A stretch of 64,000 bases of DNA. Origin: Octopus sinensis (lineage: Eukaryota). Of the stretch, positions 11,816 to 22,958 are shown one piece after another. The stretch's first letter is position 1, and each line of letters starts with the position of its first letter. The stretch covers positions 21,018,001-21,082,000 of the forward strand of contig NC_043018.1 in assembly GCF_006345805.1 (NCBI RefSeq). Direction: 5' to 3'. Below the pieces are notes generated by a model, which worked only from the letters and a program-made list of their open reading frames with translations, had not been told where the DNA came from and did not search any database. Made by a program: the position numbers and the translations under genes.

Positions 11816-12358
11816 AGGAATTAAACAATAAGCAAGAGGAAGATGAAGAATAAGAATAACCAGATATCAAAATGAAATGAGGATATTTAAGGTTAAATCT
11901 CCTAACTTATTGGTAAGGGTATGTTTCAAAACAATAATTATTTTGCATCATCATCATCATTATTTAATGTCTGTCTTCCATGCTGACATGGATGGACTGG
12001 ACAGTTTGATATGGGCTGGCAAGCCAAAGGACTGCACCAAACTCCAGTTTTTGCATGGTTTTTATGGCTTGATGCCCTTCCTGATACCAACATATTTCTT
12101 TTTAATCTATTTATTTTGTTATTTCTAGGTTGGGAAGAAGAAATAAACACAGGATTCCATGAACACGTCTTTCTAGAAGATTTGATTGCTGATTTCCCCT
12201 CAAAAGGACCAATTCGTCACTTTATGGAATTAGTCATTACAGGACTTTCAATGAGCCCTTATTTAACAGTCCAACAAAAGAAGGACCATATTTCCTGGTT
12301 TAAGAATTATTTTGAAGAAAAACGACACTTACTTAAAGAGGAATTGGCTTTAAAATAA
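253..12358 (+). CDS. MRPS31: Mitochondrial ribosomal protein mS31, complete 8-exon gene (316 aa)
   Basis: Exons 253-341, 2678-2794, 3043-3219, 5992-6062, 7459-7519, 8930-8997, 11142-11279, 12129-12358 join in frame (951 nt), all GT-AG. Peptides [48 protein letters not shown] and [36 protein letters not shown] match the MRPS31 family as recalled. The Arg/Ser/Phe-rich N-terminus fits a mitochondrial presequence. Confidence 0.95.
1853..2006 (+). mobile_element. SINE family C, internally deleted copy
   Basis: Shares gctggcagaaacgttagc head and tttcggggtcgataaattaagtaccagt...aaagaaata body with 37886-38117. Confidence 0.75.
2165..2557 (+). mobile_element. Non-autonomous Helentron/DINE-1-like element (HINE)
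   Basis: Starts actagcagtatcgcccggcgttgctcggg, has internal duplicated blocks, ends gacagacagcacacaacc...tttatatat; this architecture matches DINE-1/HINE as recalled. Confidence 0.5.
2678..2794 (+). CDS. MRPS31: MRPS31 exon 2
   Basis: ttttcag acceptor; [38 protein letters not shown]; gtaagt donor. Confidence 0.85.
3043..3219 (+). CDS. MRPS31: MRPS31 exon 3
   Basis: ctcttcag acceptor; [32 protein letters not shown]; gtaagt donor. Confidence 0.92.
3317..3830 (-). mobile_element. 5'-truncated RTE LINE 3' end (family B tail plus ORF C-terminus)
   Basis: (GAT)n tail and ggaagggcatccagctgtagaaac 3' block; minus strand reads [17 protein letters not shown], like 28630-28720. Confidence 0.7.
5992..6062 (+). 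CDS. MRPS31: MRPS31 exon 4
   Basis: poly-T/ttag acceptor; [12 protein letters not shown]; gtgagt donor. Confidence 0.85.
7459..7519 (+). CDS. MRPS31: MRPS31 exon 5
   Basis: aacag acceptor after a pyrimidine tract; [19 protein letters not shown]; gtaaca donor; phases fit both neighbours, but the sequence is poorly conserved. Confidence 0.7.
7690..8027 (-). mobile_element. tRNA-headed SINE family D, body variant 2
   Basis: Minus strand head gtgaaggcgcatggctcagtggttagagc (A box) ... gagctcgaatccc (B-box-like), then tgtgttcttgagcaaggcactttatttcacgttg. Confidence 0.75.
8297..8780 (+). mobile_element. SINE family C interrupted by a TTAA MITE (about 8431-8695) carrying a 44-bp internal tandem duplication
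   Basis: SINE text breaks at gataaaataa and resumes at ataccagt; the insert ends ctaaagggTTAA; ggccatatctgg recurs at 8449, 8493, 8537. Confidence 0.65.
8930..8997 (+). CDS. MRPS31: MRPS31 exon 6
   Basis: tacacag acceptor; [14 protein letters not shown] (cf. NIFTGKRLNIFD); gtaatt donor. Confidence 0.88.
9612..10060. mobile_element. Head-to-head pair of a tRNA-headed SINE-like element with a minimal hammerhead motif
   Basis: Arms 9612-9864 (minus) and 9871-10060 (plus) are reverse complements; A box TGGCATAGTGG; CTGATGA-A-GGCTG...CAGCC-GAAA in the left arm. Confidence 0.75.
10440..10745 (-). mobile_element. Young RTE-type 3' end (family B) with ~60-bp internal subrepeats
   Basis: catcatcatcgtttaacgtccgctttccatgc start; repeated ggtgctttttacgtgccacc; near-identical to 32957-33330, 54478-54665 and 58548-58800. 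Confidence 0.8.
11142..11279 (+). CDS. MRPS31: MRPS31 exon 7
   Basis: acaacag acceptor; KQSLWDE...[16 protein letters not shown]; gtcagt donor. Confidence 0.95.
12129..12358 (+). CDS. MRPS31: MRPS31 exon 8 (terminal)
   Basis: ttctag acceptor; FHEHVFLE...[10 protein letters not shown]...; TAA at 12356-12358; AATAAA at 12357 and 12434. Confidence 0.95.
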
Positions 12359-12600
12359 TAAAAGAAAAATTCATAATCAACAAAAAAATGCATTACAATA
12401 TTGTTTCATTATTTGTTTTTATTTAAATTTGATAATAAATATTTAGAATGAAATTATATTAGTTTTTTTTTTTTTTTTGCCAAATTAAAAATTTGTAATT
12501 TTTATGTATGAAACAGATTTATTTTCTTAAGCTAATTGGAAATAGGTGTTTATCTGTTGACATATTTCCATCTAAACATTAATTTGTTTAAAAAATACAA

Positions 12601-12997
12601 GGCGCAGGAGTGGCTGTGTGGTAAGTAGCTTGCTAACCAACCACATGGTTCCGGGTTCAGTCCCACTGCGTGGCATCTTGGGCAAGTGTTTTCTGCTATA
12701 GCCCCGGGCCGACCAATGCCTTGTGAGTGGATTTGGTAGACGGAAACTGAAAGAAGCCCGTCGTATATATGTATATATATATATGCATGTGTGTGTGTTT
12801 GTGTTTGTCCCCCTAGCATTGCTTGACAACCGATGCTGGTGTGTTTACGTCCCCGTCATTTAGCGGTTCGGCAAAAGAGACCGATAGAATAAGTACTGGG
12901 CTTACAAAGAATAAGTCCCGGGGTCGATTTTCTCGACTAAAGGCAGTGCTCCAGCATGGCCGCAGTCAAATGACTGAAACGTAAAAGAGTAAAAGAG
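12601..12997 (+). mobile_element. tRNA-headed SINE family A, full-length
   Basis: A-box-like tggctgtgtggt, B-box-like ggttcagtccc, CORE-like cttgggcaag, internal (TA)n(TG)n, gtaaaaga tail; many copies in the window. Confidence 0.85.
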
Positions 12998-13749
12998 ATA
13001 CAGTCGTGGTTGTGTGGTTAAGAAGTTTGCTTGATTAGGAATATCAGTAAGTAACAGTGAAGTGAAATTACAAATGCTGTGTCCTGTCAGTTAGATTTAG
13101 GTTTATTCTGCTTGTATGTATGTGTTACATAAGAGAAAAACATGTAATAATTGAACTAGAAAAAAGATGGATTTCATAAATGAACTTTTGCTTGTTCCTC
13201 AAGTTGTAATCCAGTGACTTAGTGTTTGGCTCTGGCTTAGTATTAACGCTCATATCAGAACTGAGAAGCTAGAAAAATGAGTGTATCATATAGTAGACTA
13301 GCTTTAAGGAATCCAGGTGACTGTGATGGCACTGAAGAGGTGAAGGGGAACATCCATTTGTCACTGTTCCTTTTGACGTTTGGATAGGCGGTATATCGTG
13401 AGCGAAGCTAGAAGAATAGATTTAGGGAATCCAGGCGACTGTGCAATGGCACTGAAAAGGCCACAGATGAAGTGGAAGACCCATTTGTCATGGTTTCTTT
13501 TGACATTTGAATAGGCTGTATGCCCAAGGAGAATTGAAAGATTCAGTTTCAAATCTGAAGCAGGGTGAGAGCAGAGATTCCAATGCTTTATTACAGGAAT
13601 GGAAGGAAAGGCAACAGTAATAGTCCAATGAAATTACAAATGATGTATCCTGTTTGTCAGATTTAGGAAAATATCCTAGTGTCTCACAATTTTTCAAGCC
13701 GATCACATGAAGAAAGGTGTTCGCCTCCATTTTGGAAAACATATATATA

Positions 13750-14560
13750 CGGGGTGCAGTGAATAAATTGTCGTCTAAATTACGCAAAAATGAAAGCAAC
13801 ACTGACATCTCATTTTAACAGATATATTTACCAAAATTATATTAAAATATTTTGAAATAATAAAGAGTAAATTTATTCAATAAAATCACCATTGGCTTCA
13901 ACCAGACGACTTCAGAATCATCTCTTGCAACTCTTCTGGATGGTCTCCTTATTTAAGCTGGTGAATGCTGCCATACTCCTTGCCTTCTGTTCATCTTTGG
14001 TGTTACAAAGTATTTTGTTGGTCTCTCACTCAACTGCAGCCCACACATAATAATCAAGGAGATTGCAGTCTTGGGAGTTAGGTAGCCAGATGTTAGGGGT
14101 GATGTGGTCACAGAAAATGTCTGACAGCCATGACTGGGTTCTGCTTGTGTAGCATGGTGTAGAGTCCTGTTGCCAAACATAGGGTCTTCCAGCAGCCACC
14201 CTCTTGATCCAGGGTAGCACAATATCCTCCAGGAAGATGAATGGAGACATAATGTGGCCATCACTAATATTCACTCCAGACACCATGATGTTGACTAGAT
14301 GTTTGATTTTGATCATTCTTAGTGCATGTTTTGGGGACACAGCAAGTCAACAGTTGTTCTCTGTACTCACCATCTGATCCTGGTAGAAATATTTCTCATC
14401 TGAGAAAAAGCATGTTCAGTTGGAGGGGATGCTTGAGTTTACTCAACAGCTTCATAGCACAGTCTTTCCTCTTGTCCTTGATGGCTTGGGATAAAAATTG
14501 GCCCCTTTCTCATCTTGTATGAGGAATACCGAATGTCTTCATGAACTATCTGCAATTACC
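13750..14560 (-). mobile_element. Decayed mariner-like maT (DD37D-type) transposase
   Basis: Minus strand FSDEK ... WQQDSTPCYTS...WLPNSQDCNLLDYYVWAAVE; D-x36-D here, probably with a one-codon loss; TA-cggggtgcagtgaataaattg end. Confidence 0.8.
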
Positions 14561-14570
14561 CATCGCAATC

Positions 14571-14980
14571 TCTTTACTCTTACTCTTTTACTCTTCTACT
14601 TGTTTCAGTCATTTTGACTGTGGCCATGCTGGAGCACCGCCTTTAGTCGAGCAAATCGACCCCGGGACTTATTCTTTTTGTAAGCCCAGTACTTATTATA
14701 TTGGTTTCTTTTTGCCGAACCGGTAAGTGACGGGGACGTAAACACACCAGCATCGGTTGTCAAGCAATGCTAGGGGAACAAACACAGACACACAAACACA
14801 CACACATACATATATACGACAGGCTTCTTTCAGTTTCCGTCTACCAAATCCACTCACAAGGCATTGGTCGGCCTGGGGCTATAGCAGAAGACACTTGCCC
14901 AAGATGCCACGCAGTGGGACTGAACCTGGAACCAAGTGGTTGGTTAGCAAGCTACTTACCACACAGCCACTCCTGCGCCT
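14571..14980 (-). mobile_element. SINE family A, full-length
   Basis: Reverse complement of 12601-12997. Confidence 0.85.
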
Positions 14981-15029
14981 TATATACTTTCCCCTTACAT
15001 TACCACATGCTGTTTCTATTTTCTCAATA

Positions 15030-15930
15030 AAATCATAAAGTATGTCCTAGATGCCACATCTCCCCTTCCCAGCTTGAGCCAGCAAGGCTAGACCAAAGGG
15101 GATGGTAAAAGGCCTGACAGCATGGTAATTTTCTTGTTCTGTGGTGATGGGCCCCTCTTCCAAGATGCCATGAGCTATGACATCTTCTCCGGTGCCAACT
15201 TGGTGTGTTCAGCTGCCAGCCCAGTCTTTGTTGATTGTCAGGCCAAGAAGGGCAAACTGACAGGTTTGTGGTCAAGCCTGTGGCAGTTGACACTGCTGGT
15301 GTTCTTGGGCCCTGGGCCACATCCCTGCTCACTGCCCACTAGCGTAGCTAGAGTGTGTGCTGCCCAGAGTAGGCTTTCAGTTTGCCTCCCCCAGGTCCTC
15401 ACAAATAATACATGTTGCTTACAGCAGACCCAGAAGTGATGCCACTCTCAAGAAAATTTCGTCTGGGGTGGACCGCTCCCTTTGCTCTCCTCTCTAGCTA
15501 TGTTGGTATCATCGCCATTAGGGCAGAGATGGCTATCCGCACTTGCGAGCCCCATGAGAGAGAATGCTGCTGTTGATGTTGCTGTTGAGCAAACGGTCTT
15601 CGTCCCAGAGCTCGCAAGATGGGAGAAGTCCGAAACGTGGTCCTTTGCTATTCATAAGACACGCAGAAGAGAAAGCAGGTCAACCCCCGACACCGAGAGC
15701 ATCGACGGATGGATGAATGCGCATCCAGGCCCAGCGATTGCGTAGGAAGTCGGGGACAAGAAACCGGAAGGAAGATTCAGAAAAAGTTGGAGCGAAAGAG
15801 TACAACAGGGGGCGCCACCACACCCTGCCGGAGCCTCGTGGAGCTGGGACAAGAAACAGGAAGAAAGAGTGAGAGAAAGTTGGGGCGAAAGAGTACAACA
15901 GGGGTTGCCAACACCCCCTGCCAGAGTATT
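15030..15930. mobile_element. GC-rich relic of an unidentified element with a duplicated ~95-bp terminal block
   Basis: GC content is well above the flanks; gggacaagaaac...gcgaaagagtacaacagggg occurs twice (about 15752 and 15846); no recognisable protein motif. Confidence 0.35.
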
Positions 15931-16739
15931 TTCGCTCAATAAACACAAACGCCCGGTCTGGGAATCGAAACCACGATCCTCCGATCACGAGTCCGCTGCC
16001 CTAACCATTGGGCCATTGCGCCTCCACTTGCTGCTGGTGCGCGTCCCCCTAGCCAACTCCCTTGCTATCCTTTCTTTTTATTCATTAATTGTATCAGTTT
16101 TTGATAAAGAAAAATGATAACAACACCTTGTTGATGTATAAATTATGTGGAAAACTCTTATTAAAAAGCTACGTTGTTAAAACGATTGTACAAAATGAAA
16201 GTAAAAATTGATTGACGACGTAAAAAGAAAATAGTAAAAGAAATAACTAAAATAAATAAATAAACAGGAAAGAAAAATACTTGAAGAAGAAAAGCAAAAT
16301 TAAATAAATAAGATAAATGCAAAATATTACACAGAAAAGTAAAAACAATATATATATATATATATTGCTTTTACTTTTTTACGTAATATTATATATATAT
16401 ATTTATATTTATATATATATAAACGAATAAATAAAATAGAAAACATGTAGGTAAAAAAAAGAAAAAGTAAATGAAATAATTGAAAAGCAACAAATTTATG
16501 TAAAAAGCAAAAGTAAAAAGGAAAATAATTAAATAACAAAAAATTAAATTAAGTAAAACAAAACAAAACAAAAACAAAACAAAAGCAAAACGTAAAAATA
16601 AACAGATATATAAGTAAATAAATAAGTAAAATAAATAATTAGTAAAATGCTAAAAAAATTTTTTAAAAAGTAGATAAATAAAATAAATGAATAAATAAAT
16701 AAATAAAAGAAAAAAGAGACAGTTGCTGTGTTGAATGTG

Positions 16740-16822
16740 TTTTGGTGTTTAGTAGTAAGGAGGAGATAACTCCAGTGCGGTTTCTCGTCTTCACGCCCCG
16801 CCTTGGCAGACAAGATGGCGAC
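16740..16822 (+). promoter_or_regulatory. Probable UBR4 core promoter/5'UTR: GC-box-like CCCCGCC and YY1-like CAAGATGGCG overlapping the ATG
   Basis: Local CpG-containing, GC-richer patch after a ~530-bp A-rich tract (16190-16720); motifs read directly; function inferred. Confidence 0.45.
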
Positions 16823-16927
16823 TCCTCCTGCGTCGTTATCTTACTGTTTAAAACCATTACTAGCTGCCTCCTATTCAGCGTTCAACAAGAATGAAATACC
16901 AGATTTTTCAAGAGCCATTTCTAAGAG
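16815..16927 (+). CDS. UBR4: UBR4 exon 1
   Basis: CAAGATGGCG start; [37 protein letters not shown]; AG|gtaaaa donor. Confidence 0.9.
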
Positions 16928-19900
16928 GTAAAACTTGTTCCATCGTATATTCGAAATCACACACCGTTTCGTCTTGTATTTATTTTATTCACCACCCACC
17001 ACAAAAAAAAAAAAAAAAAAAAAAATCGCCCCCCCCTCCTCCTCCTCCGATATAAATTTTTCGCTTTGTAATGTTGTAATGTATTCGCCTTTATATCCGA
17101 TATTAAACCCATTTTTTCCATTTCTTTGACGATTTTCTATCGATATATCCAACACCACACATAAATATATATATTCTTACATCAATTAATTTCCACAAAA
17201 CACAATATAATCCTTTATTTCTTTTGCTTAATCCATCCTATGTAAGATTTCCTATGTATAATTGCAAACACCCATTTCTTCTTCTTCATAAATCTTATAT
17301 ATTTAATCTATCTTCCAGTTTATTTTGTTTTATCTCCTTTCTATATAAATCTCCGTCATGCAGACGGTTTTTTTTTATTAAATACTTCCCCTAAATTCTC
17401 ATCAAATGTCTAATTTATTTAATTAACTTCACATTACTCTAAATCCTAATCATACAAGATCCTTATATCTCTGTTTAATTTTTGTCCAAACCCCCTTTTT
17501 TTCTATTTATCATTCTACAGAAAGGTTTTTTCTATTAAATACATTCTCTAAATTTTCATCAAATGTCTAATTTATTTAATTAACTTAATATTACTCCAAA
17601 TCCAAATCATACAAGATCCTCATATCTATCTTGTTACTGCTTTATTTGTGTCCAAACCCTTTTTTCCCCCCTTTATCATTCTACAGAAATGTCTTTTTTA
17701 TTAAATACATTCTCTAAATTTTCATCAAATGTCTAATTTATTTAAATAACTTCATATTACTCCAAATCCTAATCATATAACATCCTTAATATCTATCTTT
17801 CTCTCTGTCTCTGTTTATTAATTTTTGTCCAAGCCCCTTTTTTCCCCCCTTTATCATTCTACAGAAATGTCTTTTTTATTAAATACATTCTCTAAATTTT
17901 CATCAAATGTCTAATTTATTTAAATAACTTCATATTACTCCAAATCCTAATCATATAACATCCTTAATATCTATCTTTCTCTCTGTCTCTGTTTATTAAT
18001 TTTTGTCCAAGCCCCTTTTTTCCCCCCTTTATCACTCTACAGAAATGTCTTTTTTATTAAACACTTCCTCTAAATATTTATCAAATGTTTAATTTATTTA
18101 ATTAACTTCATATTACTCCAAATCCAAATCATACAAGACCCTTATATTTACCTTGTTACTGCTTTATTTGTGTCCAAACCCTTTTTTCCCCCCTTTATCA
18201 TCCTACAGAAATGTCTTTTTTATTAAATACATTCTCTAAATTTTCATCAAATGTCTAATTTATTTAATTAACTTCATATTACTCCAAATCCTAATCATAT
18301 AACATCCTTAATATCTATCTTTCTCTCTGTCTCTGTTTATTAATTTTTGTCCAAGCCCCTTTTTTCCCCCCTTTATCACTCTACAGAAATGTCTTTTTTA
18401 TTAAACACTTCCTCTAAATATTTATCAAATGTTTAATTTATTTAATTAACTTCATATTACTCCAAATCCAAATCATACAAGACCCTTATATTTACCTTGT
18501 CACTGTTTAATTTTTGTCCAAACCCCTTTTTTTTCTCTTTATCATTCTACAGAAAGGTTTATTTTATTAAATACATTCTCTAAATGTTCATCAAATGTCT
18601 AATTTATTTAATTAACTTAATATTACTCCAAATCCTAATCATATAACATCCTTATATCTATCTTTCTCTCTGTCTCTGTTTATTAATTTTTGTCCAAATC
18701 CCTTTTTTTTCTCTTTATCATTCTACAGAAATGTTTTTTTATTAAATACTTCCTCTAAATGTTCATCAAATGTCTAATTTATCTAATTAACTGAATATTA
18801 CTCCAAATCCTAATCATACAAGATCCTTATATCTATCTTTCTCTCTGTCTCTGTTTATTAATTGTTGTCCAAACCCCTTTTTTTTTCTCTTTATCATTCT
18901 ACAGAAATGTTTTTTTTATTAAATACTTCCTCTAAATGTTCATCAAATGTCTAATTTATTTAATTAACTTAATATTACTCCAAATCCTAATCATACAAGA
19001 TCCTTATATCTATCTTTCTCTCTGTCTCTGTTTATTAATTGTTGTCCAAACCCCTTTTTTTTCTCTTTGTCATTCTACAGAAATGTTTTTTTTTATTAAA
19101 TACTTCCTCTAAATGTTCATCAAATGTCTAATTTATTTAATTAACTTCATATTACTCCAAATCCTAATCATATAAAGATCCCTATACCTATCTTTCCCCC
19201 TGTCTCTGTTTATTAATTTTTGTCCAAGATCCTTATATCTATCTTGTCACTGTTTAATTTTTGTCCAAACCCCTTTTTTTTACTCTTTATCATTCTACAG
19301 AAATGTTTCTAGACGATTCCACTTTAAATAATTACACTTGTTTACTTAAAAATTTACCATAAGCATGATAAATCTCGTCAATGACTTCAATAAAAACACA
19401 TCCTTGTCCAATAAAAGAAGGATGTATTCCAAACATTTGAAATATAATCACTGATTAATTAATTATGTGGCTGTGATTCTTGGCAAGATTAACGAAACAC
19501 CGGGACCTTGAAATAAAGAATATAACTTTATTTTCTGCGACCTAATTGACTTTAATCAGATGTCTTTGATAAATGGTCAGAAATATTCTTGTTTTGGTGG
19601 AAGAAATCCATTTAAAACATTGCCACTGATTAATTATGTGGCTGCGATTCTTACCAAATGCCGGGACCTTGAAATAAAGAATACAATCATATTTACTGTG
19701 GTTTAATTGCTTTTACTTAAAAGTGTTATTGTTGGTGTGTCACGCCGATGGTTTTAATGCTAAAAATGATAATAATATATCTGTCTTTGGGGAAATAAAT
19801 GCATTTAAAACATTATCATTGATTAATTATGTAGCTGAGATTCTTAACAAAATTTCCAAAAGACGAACACCGGATGAAAAGAAAGAATTTGACCATATTT

Positions 19901-20347
19901 TCTGCGATTTAATTAATTTCAGTCAGGTATTTTTGGTAAATAGTCAAAGATATCAGACCCCAAACTACTTGTAATAAATATATCGAGTCGAGTACCTAAC
20001 CTTTTATTGCAGTCCTCAAATTTCCAGTTCGTATATTTATGTATTGGCATATTTAGTTACTTTTCACGTGAAACTCCGATGTAATCGGAATCTGAGAGGT
20101 ATTTGGAGAAAATTTCATTAAAAAAATACCCCCTTTTCCCCCCTGAAAGTGATAAGAAAAGATAGTCGCGTGGGTGTGGGCACATTTGCCTGGATAGGTA
20201 TAGCCCATGTACTTAATAAACAAATTACGAGGTAATAATTATTATTGTTATTATTATTATTTTACCTTTTATAATGAAAATTTACCTTTTTAGGATCTCC
20301 GAAGCGGACGCCTATACTTATATACCCAACATATACTCCCATCCACG

Positions 20348-20396
<49 letters not shown>

Positions 20397-20647
20397 AATA
20401 TGTTACATTACTCGATAGTCGAAGAGATGTCGTGGATTCCGACTTCAGCATCTGAAACTCAGAGTTTTATCTTGACTATCGAGTAATGTAACATATTATT
20501 GTATAGATAAATTTCCTCTATTTACATAATATTGAGGTCTCTTTCTTTCTTTTGTTACCTTACCGTTTTACCAATATATATATATATATATTATATATAA
20601 ATATACACGTATTCTATGTAGATGTTTGTGTATGTATGTGTGTGTAT

Positions 20648-20692
<45 letters not shown>

Positions 20693-20733
20693 AATAAATA
20701 TACACGTATTCTATGTAGATGTTTGTGTATGTA

Positions 20734-20772
<39 letters not shown>

Positions 20773-20897
20773 AATAAATATACACGTATTCTATGTAGAT
20801 GTTTGTGTATGTATGTATGTGTGTGTGTATATATATATATATATTATATATATATATACATACACGTATTCTATGTAGATGTTTGTGTATGTATGTA

Positions 20898-20931
<34 letters not shown>

Positions 20932-22792
20932 CATACACGTATTCTATGTAGATGTTTGTGTATGTATGTATGTGTGTATATATATGTATATATATATATA
21001 TATATAAATAAACACGTATTCTATGTATATGTGTGTATATATATATATATATGTATATAATTAGTAGGATTATCATTTGGACGAGCTATAAATTATCGTT
21101 AAATGACAGACAGCAGCTATTATTCACTCGATAGTCTAACCATGGAAACTGTTGCACCTTTTTTTCGATACATGCATAGCTTAAAAATTTATTTGCGAAA
21201 GAGAAAGAAAATGGTGTTTGAATTATTAATATCTAGAATGACGAAGATTATAGTTACAGAGGCAGGGGTTTTTTGGGGTTTTTTTTTGTGGCACTTTCCC
21301 CACAAGAAATTAACATTATTCCCGATTTGAATTTAATGGTGACATACTGTAGCTTTTATTGCACAACGGTGGTTGACAGTGGATGATTTATGTATTCCGT
21401 AGCATGGTATATGATGGGATGTGTGTGTGTGGTTGACATTAATATACGAGTTGTTATTTATGTGACGATTCTTGTTGACAGTGGATGGGTTTTGTCGATT
21501 CGTGGAGACGCAAAACTGATATAAATAAGTGTGACCTTGTCGGTCTAACAATTATAGATACAGCGAAAAGTGGTAAAGTAGTGCAAGTTGCGAAGATTTA
21601 TTTACGCCCCAGAACTAATCAAAACATCAAATTTTAGTTCGAGTGCTGGACGACTGATCATTATGATAACGGTGCTTAAAAACCGTTTCTGCATTCATTA
21701 GTTATGCGTGGACCCCTCTCTGTTAATTACATAAATATTGGGTGAGGCCGAAAAAAAAACAAAAACGGACGATATTAATAATCTAAAGCGATAGCGGAAA
21801 TCCTTTATTGTAATTTTGCCGGAGCATGGTACATATTTTTGGAATTTTAGCGACATTGAGCTAAAATTTAAATGCAAATGATTGCAGAAAATATAAATTA
21901 GCGAAAAAGAAATAAAAATGGAATATAGATTTTTATATTTTTAAGCCTATATATATATATAATTGATCTTATCAGTTTTTTTAATCATTTGTTTGTTGCA
22001 ATCAGTTGTTGTATCAGACTGGAACATAGAGGACTGGATAAAACTGCACCAGGTTGGCTAGTACCCAGCAATATAGTGTGAGAATGTAGTCAGGTGCGCT
22101 AAGTACCCGGCAGGAGATAGAATGTGTCAGCAGTTTTCTCGGTAGTACGCTAAGTTAGTTACATCGAGTTTACTACATACAACGAACACTCCCTTTTCGC
22201 TGTCGACATCGGAAATGCACAGAACTGGTTATTGGTTGTTCACAAATAAATATGATAAAATAAAATAAGCTCAGATTTTTTTTTTTTTAAAGGAAACTGG
22301 TTATTGCAGAAAAACTGGTCAAAATATTGGACGTAATGTATATAAATACATTAAATAGTGACCCAAGTTCTCTTTCACTTTGTATAATGAAAGTAACGCG
22401 AAAAGTGAAACTTAATATTGTTCTCCGTAATGTTTTTCAGTCCAAATAGTGGCCTGCTATTTAATTAAATATAAATTTATAAATATGTTCTGTGTGAAAT
22501 GACACGTAATACCCTGAAAAAACATAAAAGACCTTTCCTTTAATCATCCTGTATAAAAATCGACTGAAATCCGTTGAGATGATTATTCGTCAGAAACTAG
22601 TGCAGTGTCTCTCAACCGGGGTTCCCCAGAACCTTAGGCTTTTGCAAAATGTTCCTAGAGGTTCCGCGAGAAAGAGTGAGATAAGCTAATGCTAATTTCA
22701 TGATCATAATATTACTATACATGCACAAAATATTATTGGTTATTGTAATATAGACATCCTCCTATCTAACGTATTATGTTATCAAAAAAATA

Positions 22793-22851
<59 letters not shown>

Positions 22852-22907
22852 TATAATATACATATAATTTGACATGGGCGATTCTTTCTTGTGTATGTGT
22901 GTATATA

Positions 22908-22958
<51 letters not shown>

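Noticed and set aside
13000-13720. Degenerate ~125-bp duplication, possible LINE endonuclease relic
   Set aside because: No motif could be read with confidence
17345-19310. CRISPR-like or prokaryotic repeat array
   Set aside because: Units are contiguous near-identical repeats with no unique spacers, there are no cas genes, and the context is a eukaryotic intron
22007-22184. Solo LTR (tgttgtat...atacaacg)
   Set aside because: The terminal CA is absent, there is no TSD and no second copy in the window
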